From IMG/VR virus record IMGVR_UViG_3300017971_000060: DNA of 54,950 nucleotides; one strand, given 5' to 3'. The translations under genes and the position numbers were made by a program. Positions 8,118-16,074 of this stretch are shown one piece after another (positions within the stretch are counted from its first letter, which is position 1; each line of letters starts with the position of its first letter). The notes under the pieces are model-generated. The model ran no database searches. It was given only the letters and a program-made list of their open reading frames with translations, and was not told where the DNA came from. The DNA comes from a virus.

Positions 8118-8298
8118 CCGATGGTATAGGGGTAGGGTGACTGTCCGGCAGGGCCAGACGGTCACCCTATCTATCAGGTGACTGGGTCACCGACACGGTT
8201 TACTGACTGGGTCAGAACGTGCTGCATTTCAAGAACTCATTGATTTGCTTCATGTTCTGGTAGCATGAAGCTACCTAACTCATTTTGGAGACCGTGTA
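8118..8298 (+). promoter_or_regulatory. 180-nt structured leader of the capsid gene
   Basis: Contains hairpin 8133-8169, palindromes ggtgacTGGgtcacc (8177-8191) and ctgacTGGgtcag (8203-8215), and hairpin 8247-8271. No ORF. Inverted repeats read directly. Confidence 0.5.
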
Positions 8299-9450
8299 AT
8301 GGCAAATAAACTCGACATCAACCCCTCTCGTGTTGCCGCTGAAGCCCTGTCTGTCCTGAGCGACGAACTGGTTATCGGCAACCTCATTTACCGCGACAAG
8401 CAGCAGGAATTCGCCAAGCAGGACGGTTACGCTGTTGGCGACACTGTTAACATCAAGCAGCGTCCTGATTACGAAGCCAAGGAATTCACCGCTGGCGGTT
8501 CCATCACTGTACAGGACGTTCGTGAAAGCAAGCGTTCTCTCCAGATCGAAAAGCACTTCGACGTATCTATCCAGTTGGGTGCCCGTGAACTGGCTCTGGA
8601 CTTCGACGGTTTCACTGAACAGGTCATCAACCCGGCTGCTACCCGGCTGGCTGAAAAGGCTGACGCCTATCTTGGTACCAAAATCCTGGAAGCGGCTGGA
8701 CAGTATAACGCTGCTTCAGTGTTGGGCAGTGCTGCTGATGTGGCGGCTGCTAACGAAGCAGCTACCCGGCAGCGTATTTCCCGTGTTGGCCGGTTCTGTC
8801 TGACTGGTCTGACTCTGGAAACTCGTCTGGTTGGTGCTGACTGGTTCAATCAGGCTCAGATCGGTGGCGCGGCTGCTGAAAACACTATGGTCACTGGTGC
8901 CATGGGCCGTCGTTTCGGGCTGGACTTCTTCAGTTCTATCAACATGCCGGAAACGGCTCACACGGTTGCAAACCTTGTCGGTCTGACTGACAACACGGTT
9001 GCAACTGACAACCTGATCGGTAACACGGCACTGGTAGTTGACGGCACCACGACAACTACTATCAATGCTGGTGACCGTATCAAGATCGCTGGCGTTCGCA
9101 CCCCTCTGATCTGTGCAACTACCACAGCAGCAACTGTTACCAGCATCCCGCTGGTTGACCCCATCACGGAAATCATCCCTGATAACGCTGCTGTTACCGT
9201 GGTTGCTTCCGGTCTGACCTACACAAGCCGGGGTGTTATCACTGAAGGTACTGCATTCGCCTATGCAGCGCCACCGCTTGACCAGCCGTCAAGTGTTTCC
9301 AGTGCTGTTGTCACCATGGACGGTTTCTCCATCCGGGTGACACAGGGTTATGACATGGACACAAAGAAAGAGACAATGTCTCTGGACATGTTGATCGGTG
9401 CGACTGCTTGGGATCCAAGACTGTCGCTGCTGCTCACAGACGGCTCGTAA
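8299..9450 (+). CDS. Major capsid protein, 383 aa (P22-coat-like / HK97-fold type)
   Basis: Position after the scaffold gene. GDRIKIAGV-type motif. Own strong promoter and a downstream terminator. Confidence 0.75.
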   Translation: MANKLDINPSRVAAEALSVLSDELVIGNLIYRDKQQEFAKQDGYAVGDTVNIKQRPDYEAKEFTAGGSITVQDVRESKRSLQIEKHFDVSIQLGARELALDFDGFTEQVINPAATRLAEKADAYLGTKILEAAGQYNAASVLGSAADVAAANEAATRQRISRVGRFCLTGLTLETRLVGADWFNQAQIGGAAAENTMVTGAMGRRFGLDFFSSINMPETAHTVANLVGLTDNTVATDNLIGNTALVVDGTTTTTINAGDRIKIAGVRTPLICATTTAATVTSIPLVDPITEIIPDNAAVTVVASGLTYTSRGVITEGTAFAYAAPPLDQPSSVSSAVVTMDGFSIRVTQGYDMDTKKETMSLDMLIGATAWDPRLSLLLTDGS

Positions 9451-9474
9451 ACCAGTCTCCTCCGGCGTGGTATT

Positions 9475-9514
9475 GGCCGGTCTCGACAGCCCCCTGTCTT
9501 GACCGGCCCCTTTT
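9475..9514 (+). terminator. Rho-independent terminator after the capsid gene
   Basis: ggccggtc-tc-gacag / ctgtc-tt-gaccggcc stem followed by CCTTTT. Confidence 0.7.
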
Positions 9515-9548
9515 AAACTGAAGTATAGACAACAGGAGTAACACAACG

Positions 9549-9806
9549 ATGGCAAAGGCAAACGAAGCATTCATCCCTGTACAACGTGTGATGTATTCAC
9601 CTGACGGCTCACCCTGTCAGTGCGAAGAGTCACAGATTGAAGAACTGAAAGCAGCCGGGTTCACGGTCACCAACCCAAATGCCGATATTCTGGATGAACA
9701 GAACGTTGGTGAGAAGGGCGCTCTGGCTGATGGCAAAGCGGCTCACAGCAAGGCAGTACAGGCCAATATCGAAGCGCAACAGGCCGCTGCTGCTGAAAGC
9801 GACTAA
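9549..9806 (+). CDS. Hypothetical head-associated protein, 85 aa
   Basis: ORF with AGGAG RBS. Position between the capsid and connector genes. Confidence 0.5.
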   Translation: MAKANEAFIPVQRVMYSPDGSPCQCEESQIEELKAAGFTVTNPNADILDEQNVGEKGALADGKAAHSKAVQANIEAQQAAAAESD

Positions 9807-9837
9807 GTAACGACAACCAGCCAACAGGACATAAAAC

Positions 9838-10317
9838 ATGGCTATAGTCAAGGGCACAAATTCGTATATTGACGTTGCTGACGCTGACACTTACTGGTCA
9901 GACAGAGACAACGCAACTTGGGCCGCTGCTTCTACAGCAGAGAAAGAAGCGGCTCTATACGAAAGTGCAGCATACCTTGACGGCTCTTACGCTTGGGTGG
10001 GGTCTCTTGAGAGTCTCACACAAACGTTGGGGTGGCCCCGGACTGGCGCAACTGACAATGAAGGTAGGACACTATCTGGCGTTCCAACGAAAGTTGAAGA
10101 CGCACAATGTGAACTTGCTCTACAGGCTTTGTCAGGGGCGCTAGTTCCCTCTTTGTCCAAAGATGATGTACGCACCAAGAAAGAGAAGGTTGGCGACATC
10201 GAAGTTGAATACTTCGACAATAGCAAAATCGGGCGCGTCTACGATTATGTGAACTTGTTGTTGACTGGCCTGTACGACAATGGCGCGGTCAATGTCGTTG
10301 AACTGGTGAGAGCGTGA
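9838..10317 (+). CDS. Head-tail connector/adaptor (gp6-like)
   Basis: N-terminal pattern YIDVADADTYW...W..AS.AEKEAAL..AA.YLD is typical of gp6-like connectors. Position fits. Confidence 0.5.
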   Translation: MAIVKGTNSYIDVADADTYWSDRDNATWAAASTAEKEAALYESAAYLDGSYAWVGSLESLTQTLGWPRTGATDNEGRTLSGVPTKVEDAQCELALQALSGALVPSLSKDDVRTKKEKVGDIEVEYFDNSKIGRVYDYVNLLLTGLYDNGAVNVVELVRA

Positions 10318-10685
10318 CACTTGACGCAACCGCCAGAAGCTTAGCAGACAGACTTATCGACAAATTCGGTAAGACTGTAGTTATTCGTAGAACTACCCGT
10401 ACAGCTTATGACGGGGCCACTGGTACCGGGGGTGACGAAAATGCGCCAGTGGATTATACAGTCAAAGTCACTCCACCTACGGAATTCACCCTCAAACGCA
10501 TTGACGGTACTCTTATAGAAGAGGGTGACGAAGTTGTGTCAGTTGCGGCACTGAATCTAGCTATAGTTCCTGACAAGGCCATAGATGTAGTGGTACAGGA
10601 CAGTGAAATCTGGAAAATGCAACAAGTTGGCCGGTTGTGGAGTGGCGAACTCGTTGCTACTTATATCCTGCACTTGAGGAAATAA
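10314..10685 (+). CDS. Neck-module protein, 123 aa (GTG start)
   Basis: GTGA overlap with the upstream stop. The call is positional only. Confidence 0.45.
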   Translation: MTLDATARSLADRLIDKFGKTVVIRRTTRTAYDGATGTGGDENAPVDYTVKVTPPTEFTLKRIDGTLIEEGDEVVSVAALNLAIVPDKAIDVVVQDSEIWKMQQVGRLWSGELVATYILHLRK

Positions 10686-11083
10686 TGGGCACCTTTGCAT
10701 CACAACTCAAGGCATTCGATATCAAGACGCAGAACAAGATTGCCATGGTTGTACAGCGTACTGGTTTACGTATGCTTGCCAAGGTGGTCACACGTTCCCC
10801 GGTAGATACCGGGCGCTTTCGTGGTAACTGGCAGTTGCAGTTAAACGAAATCCCTCAAGGGGTAGTAGAAACGCTTGACAAAGACGGCGGGCCAACTATC
10901 TCAGAAGGTGAAAATGAATTGGCGGGGTTAGCCTTAGGCGACTCCATTTATATCGTCAACAACTTGCCGTATGCTCAGAAATTGGAAAACGGCCACAGTC
11001 AACAGGCACCTACCGGCATGGTGGCTATTACTGTAGCAGAGTTTAGCGGCATTGTTGATGAAGCGGCACAGTCTGTGAGATGA
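10685..11083 (+). CDS. HK97 gp10-like neck / tail-completion protein, 132 aa
   Basis: Motif SPVDTGRFRGNWQ. GAGGAAATAATG start overlaps the upstream TAA. The ORF-track start at 10637 is rejected. Confidence 0.6.
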   Translation: MGTFASQLKAFDIKTQNKIAMVVQRTGLRMLAKVVTRSPVDTGRFRGNWQLQLNEIPQGVVETLDKDGGPTISEGENELAGLALGDSIYIVNNLPYAQKLENGHSQQAPTGMVAITVAEFSGIVDEAAQSVR

Positions 11084-11087
11084 TTTT

Positions 11088-11849
11088 GTGGGGCAATTTG
11101 TACATGATCCTGACTTCAATGATCCTAGCGCTTGGGATATCGCGGGTTTCGGCGCGACTATCTCAGGTGGCCGGTTGCGTTACGTGCTGGCTGGGTCAAT
11201 ACGTTGCGCTCCTGAACCGTCCAAAAGGCCGGTCATCGGGCAGGACTACAAATACAGTGTCGATATTGCTGAACAAACCAACACTCTTGGTACTCAACAG
11301 GTACTTTTTGGCGGGCACACACTATGGGAGAAGTCTCAAGGGCCGGGTGTCTTTTCTGGTGACCTTGTTGCAATCACTGATGACGAACTTGTGTTTCAGG
11401 GATTGGCCGGGGCTACCTACCAAGTCGAAAGTGTTTCGATTGAGGACATCATGATAGACTACCCTTCAATTCGGCTGGGAATGCGGGCTATCCTGTTAGC
11501 GGTGCCGTCTCTCCCTACAGACATTGCCTTTGAGAACAGGGAGTTTGATCCCCCTGACGCCAAGACTCCTTACATACGGGAAACGCTTTTGCCCGGTGAA
11601 GAACGCCACGTTGCCAGCAACTCCATTATGGCAGTGGGTATTATGCAGTATGACATACTCTGGCCTGCTGGTGACGGCACGGAAGACCCCGAAGCACTGG
11701 CAGACGCTATTCGAGACGCTTTCAGGCCGGTTACTACGATAGACGCACACACTACAGTATATCGTGTTGACCGACTTGGCGGTGTTCCTGACGAAAAGTG
11801 GTATCGCATACCCATTCGTCTTACTTACCGTTCTTATTCTATACAGTGA
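11088..11849 (+). CDS. Tail-terminator-like protein (DUF4128-like C-terminal half) with ~120-aa N-terminal extra domain; in-frame internal start at 11451
   Basis: C-terminal pattern IAFENREFDPP....PYIRETLLPG...G..QYDI..P.G.G. GAGGA lies 4 nt upstream of the in-frame ATG 11451. Confidence 0.5.
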   Translation: MGQFVHDPDFNDPSAWDIAGFGATISGGRLRYVLAGSIRCAPEPSKRPVIGQDYKYSVDIAEQTNTLGTQQVLFGGHTLWEKSQGPGVFSGDLVAITDDELVFQGLAGATYQVESVSIEDIMIDYPSIRLGMRAILLAVPSLPTDIAFENREFDPPDAKTPYIRETLLPGEERHVASNSIMAVGIMQYDILWPAGDGTEDPEALADAIRDAFRPVTTIDAHTTVYRVDRLGGVPDEKWYRIPIRLTYRSYSIQ

Positions 11850-11856
11850 GCATTTC

Positions 11857-13971
11857 ATGGCATTCGTCCCTATAGATAACGGCTCTTTCGCAGATGACCC
11901 AAGCGCGGATAACCTGTTTGATGCGTTCAACGACACAAACGCCAACTTTGCAGAGTTGTATGCTCAGGTCAACGGCGGCGCTAACGTCTACTCAGTTGGG
12001 CCGGGTGGTGTCTACAGTACCATAAACGCTGCTGCTAATGCGCGGCGGGCGGCTGGTTACAAGTCTGCCACTATCGTTACAGGCACTGCCAACCAGATAC
12101 AGGTCGGCAACCAACACCGTTTGTGGCGTTTCACTGATTCCACTGACCTCACTAACTACATAGGTCAAGCTGTAGGCATTGAGTGGTCAGGATATTGCCC
12201 GGTGATAGCGTGGGTTATCGCTGCTGACGAAATCCTTATGAAGAGCAACCGACAGGACTCTTCCGGTACTGGTATCTCTCTTGAAGTTTTCACTATCAAC
12301 TACGCTACCATTTTCCTGACCCCTAACCACAAAGAGGTTATTGGCTCACTGTCTACAGGTGGTGTACCTGCTGTTGACTTGCAGAACTTGTACTTCACTA
12401 ATATCAGGGCAGACCGTGGCACAACGGTCATAATGAGTGAGAAAAACGCTAACCCGGCTGGCTACGTATTAGCAAAATTCTCTGGCTCTGAACTTCGGGT
12501 TGATGGATTGAACTTTACGTATAATCTCGACTTCACAAGCGGCGGGGCCGGGGTTTCCGGTGGGGTGGTAGTCACTTCCCCTACAGGTGGTTTGAATGAC
12601 TACTCAGCAGATTTGATATTTTCCCGTAGTGAATTCCGGGCGGGGCAACAGGATGCGTTTTTCCTTACCAGTCTGGCCGGGGTGAACGTCTTTGACTCTT
12701 TTGTAGAAAGTGAATGGGATTGTATACGCCAGTTCAACGGACGGGCTTTGAATGTTGACCGTTGTGAATTCCAGACACTTGTACGCAGAAACTACAATGG
12801 TTCTTGCCGGGTCATTGGCATAGGCACTAATTCTATACCGATACACCACAACCACGATGTAGATGTTCGCAATTCCATTATTCGTGGGTATGATGACCTT
12901 CAAACAGGTGCCTTCCCCGGCACTTATGATGCTAACAGAACTGCATTAGTAGAGTTGTATGGTGGGGTGTCAAACCAGTGCCGTATTCGTGTACACGACA
13001 ACTACTTTGAATCTAGTATCGAAGACCATAGAGTTGTCAATGAAACTGAATTCAGGGCTGTTGCTGTTTACCATGATAGTTTGAATTTGCCCCCGGCTGT
13101 TTTTGATGTGTACGACAACTTGTTCAATATGAAGAACAATGATACTATTGAACCGGGGCTTGACAATATCGACAAACAAGGGGCTGCTGCTGTTTCTGGT
13201 ACCTTTGACAATACCGCTGCTGGTACCATTGACTTTGTTGCGGCGGGGTTTCAGGTTGGTAACACTATACAAACTTCAGGGTATGTGGACACAGCTAATA
13301 ACGGGTTTGGTGTCATTACAGCAGTAACCGCAAATTCTATAACTGCTGACAAGGTTGGTGGTAACTGGGGTGCAGCAGAAACAGGCACTGGTAATGAAGA
13401 AATAAAACGATTTATGTTTCAGGGCAACTCTGAACTCATAAGTAGCGACAGCGCCAACTACGTTATCAACCAATGGAATAACCGGGTTGTTCCGGGTTCC
13501 ATGGATGTCAATGGCAGCAACGTAAACAACTTCCCTGTATTCCACGGGCGTGGGCCAGAGGGGTATGGTGGTCTTTACATAGCAAACGGGTCAACGGCAC
13601 AGGGCAGTCTTACGGGCACCCCTGTCAAGTTCGCATTGTGGTCTGCTAACTTACCAGCCCAAAACATGACCCCTGTGTTTGGCTCTAACGATATTTATGT
13701 TGACAAGGCCGGGGTATATAAGGCGGCTTTCCATTTAGCGTTCACAGGGACTACAAATGGACAGTTTGACTTTGAGCTATATGTCGATGGTGTTGCGACA
13801 GGGCTTATAGCTGAAAGGAAATTAGGAACAGGCACAGATGTAGGCTCTTGTTCCTTTTCGGGGTTGGTGACAATCCCTAATGACGGGGCGTATGTGGATG
13901 TCCGGGTTGCAGCGACAACCGGAACTTCCATAACAGCAGTTCACGCTCAGTTAGTGCTAACGAATCCGTAG
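11857..13971 (+). CDS. Large fibre/tailspike-like protein, 704 aa: beta-helix-like middle, 60-aa module shared with the tail tube protein, C1q/TNF-like C-terminus
   Basis: ATG 11857 follows the stop of the previous gene. Repetitive N/G/S/T/V-rich strands are present. The C-terminal pattern VDKAGVYKAAFHLAF...ELYVDG...VDVRV resembles C1q-type jelly rolls. Confidence 0.55.
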   Translation: MAFVPIDNGSFADDPSADNLFDAFNDTNANFAELYAQVNGGANVYSVGPGGVYSTINAAANARRAAGYKSATIVTGTANQIQVGNQHRLWRFTDSTDLTNYIGQAVGIEWSGYCPVIAWVIAADEILMKSNRQDSSGTGISLEVFTINYATIFLTPNHKEVIGSLSTGGVPAVDLQNLYFTNIRADRGTTVIMSEKNANPAGYVLAKFSGSELRVDGLNFTYNLDFTSGGAGVSGGVVVTSPTGGLNDYSADLIFSRSEFRAGQQDAFFLTSLAGVNVFDSFVESEWDCIRQFNGRALNVDRCEFQTLVRRNYNGSCRVIGIGTNSIPIHHNHDVDVRNSIIRGYDDLQTGAFPGTYDANRTALVELYGGVSNQCRIRVHDNYFESSIEDHRVVNETEFRAVAVYHDSLNLPPAVFDVYDNLFNMKNNDTIEPGLDNIDKQGAAAVSGTFDNTAAGTIDFVAAGFQVGNTIQTSGYVDTANNGFGVITAVTANSITADKVGGNWGAAETGTGNEEIKRFMFQGNSELISSDSANYVINQWNNRVVPGSMDVNGSNVNNFPVFHGRGPEGYGGLYIANGSTAQGSLTGTPVKFALWSANLPAQNMTPVFGSNDIYVDKAGVYKAAFHLAFTGTTNGQFDFELYVDGVATGLIAERKLGTGTDVGSCSFSGLVTIPNDGAYVDVRVAATTGTSITAVHAQLVLTNP

Positions 13972-14063
13972 TGTAGGATAGCATGGCAGTTCTAGCAAGT
14001 GATAGTACGGTGCTGGCGTCTAGTTCGTCAGTTTTGGCAAGTGGATATGATGGAGGTTTTATT

Positions 14064-15254
14064 ATGGCTTTAGCAAGTGGTACACGAGTACAGCTTATCT
14101 ATGCTGCGGAAACGACGAGAGGTGTAATTCCCAGCCCGATGAGTTCAACGATTTTCCGGGCAACAAGTCGGAATATCAACCCACAAATCAACCTGTTGCG
14201 TTCAAATGAAGTTCGTGCTGACCGTCAGCGCACCACTTCACGCCACGGGTTCAACCAGATTGTTGGCTCTCCCGGTTTCGAGTTGTCACTGGAAGCTTAT
14301 GATGACTGGCTCGAAGCGGCAATGTCTGGCACTTGGGCAACTGCCCCTGACACGACAGCAGCGCAGACAATCGACCAAACCACAATCACCCCTTCCGATG
14401 AAGCGGTATTTGTATGGTCTGCTGGTGATTACATTGCCGCTGGTTTCCGGGTTGGTATGACTGTTGAGACTACCGGGTATGCTGGTGCGTCCAACAACAA
14501 AGTTGCAACTGTCATTGAAGTAGCGTCTGCTACTTCAATGAAACTCAAGTCCAACGATGGTACTAACTTCGGTGCCCTTGAAGGCGGTGACGGTGATGAG
14601 CGCATTCAGGCTACTGGTGAAGTGATCGATATCGGTCAGGTACTTCGCACCTTCTGGATTGAGCGCGGTTTTTTGGATGTCGCACAGTATCAAGGATTCC
14701 TTGGTTGTGCAATCAACCAGATGAATATCCAGATTCAACCGGAACAGATGGTTGGCGGCTCTTTTGACGTACTGGGTATGTCTGCCAGTGGAATGCTTCC
14801 GGTTTCGTTGGGTGGTACTCCAACAGCAGCAGCGGCCAATGACCCCTTCAGTGCGTTTGACGGCGCGGTCTATGAAGCTGACGGGGAGTCTTCTGTTGTG
14901 ACCGGGTTGAACTTCACCCTTAACAACAACCGTTCCCTGAATGCAGTTGTGGGTAGCAAGTTCTCTCCTGATGTGTTTGAAGGCACAGCAGAGATCGGCG
15001 GGGAACTGACAGTGTACTTTGAAGACGCAACACTGTACAACAAGTTCTTCCTTGAGACTGTCAGTTCGCTGGCGGTGCGTGTGGATGACATCAACGGCAC
15101 TGATTTCATGGTTTTCGGGTTCCCGTCAATCAAGTACAGTGGGGCTGACATGGATCCACCACAACAGGGGCCGGTACCTATCACTATGCCGTTTGAGGCA
15201 CAAGTGGATAGCGTGTCCGGTACGTCCATGTGGATTCAGAAGAGCAACGTCTAA
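14064..15254 (+). CDS. Major tail (tube) protein, 396 aa
   Basis: GGAGG lies 7 nt upstream of ATG 14064. Position immediately upstream of the chaperone/tape-measure genes fits. Confidence 0.6.
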   Translation: MALASGTRVQLIYAAETTRGVIPSPMSSTIFRATSRNINPQINLLRSNEVRADRQRTTSRHGFNQIVGSPGFELSLEAYDDWLEAAMSGTWATAPDTTAAQTIDQTTITPSDEAVFVWSAGDYIAAGFRVGMTVETTGYAGASNNKVATVIEVASATSMKLKSNDGTNFGALEGGDGDERIQATGEVIDIGQVLRTFWIERGFLDVAQYQGFLGCAINQMNIQIQPEQMVGGSFDVLGMSASGMLPVSLGGTPTAAAANDPFSAFDGAVYEADGESSVVTGLNFTLNNNRSLNAVVGSKFSPDVFEGTAEIGGELTVYFEDATLYNKFFLETVSSLAVRVDDINGTDFMVFGFPSIKYSGADMDPPQQGPVPITMPFEAQVDSVSGTSMWIQKSNV

Positions 15255-15301
15255 TCGTCAGTTGACGGTTAGTTTTCTTAAACGTAGATAGGAGTAAATC
15301 G

Positions 15302-15712
15302 ATGACCGAAAAAACTGAAGCCCTTTCTCTGGACTCACTCTCTTCAGCGGATACGTCTGTATTCATGCCGCTGGTTCATCCCAAAACGGGTGAGGTAATA
15401 CTCACCCCGGATGGGGGAGAGATGGGTATAACGCTTTACGGCAAGGATAGCGATATCTACCGCAAGGCCCAACGTGACATTACCAACCGGCGCTTGAGCA
15501 AGAAGACAAACGCTACGCTCACTGCGGAACGTCTGGAAGCAGAAGCCAATGAGGTACTGGCCCGGTGTACAACCAAGTGGAATATTGTGTACGAAGGTGA
15601 AGCTATCGAGTGCAATTTCTCGAACGCCAAGAAGGTGTACACAAGTCTGCCATGGGTCAAGGAACAGGTTGACGAATTTGTCGCAGAGCGTGGCAATTTT
15701 TTGGGCAGTTAG
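15302..15712 (+). CDS. Tail assembly chaperone (G-like), 136 aa
   Basis: Size and position directly upstream of the tape measure. Ends 9 nt after a slippery heptamer. Confidence 0.7.
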   Translation: MTEKTEALSLDSLSSADTSVFMPLVHPKTGEVILTPDGGEMGITLYGKDSDIYRKAQRDITNRRLSKKTNATLTAERLEAEANEVLARCTTKWNIVYEGEAIECNFSNAKKVYTSLPWVKEQVDEFVAERGNFLGS

Positions 15713-16074
15713 CTGAAGAACTCTTTGAATATGCTGAATGGCATTTCAAGATAACTCAGCCCGACGAAAAAGGGATACCACTACTTGACTATCTCAACCA
15801 AATTTGGAAGAGTACGGGGAAACAGCCTGAAACATTGGCTAGTGCCCCGTACTTTCCATTGGCGGTTAAGCATATTTGGGAATGGTATCTTGAGCTAAGC
15901 GCAACGAGAAATACAGTCATGGGGCTTTCGGCAATCACGTACACAGAAATTTTAGCGTGGTCGCAACTGAAGCTAACTGAACCGTCACCGTGGGAAGTTG
16001 AAATGATTATGCGACTCGACACAGATTTTAGACAGTACAGGGATACGCATACCAAGAAGGCGGGAACGAAGTAA
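15302..16074 (+). CDS. Tail assembly chaperone frameshift product (GT-like), about 257 aa via -1 shift at 15697-15703
   Basis: The -1 frame is open from 15673 to TAA 16072-16074 and has no credible own start. The 79-aa ORF at 15835 is its tail. Confidence 0.6.
15697..15703 (+). promoter_or_regulatory. -1 programmed frameshift slippery heptamer T_TTT_TTG
   Basis: The zero frame reads AAT TTT TTG GGC AGT TAG. The X_XXY_YYZ pattern was read directly. Confidence 0.6.
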
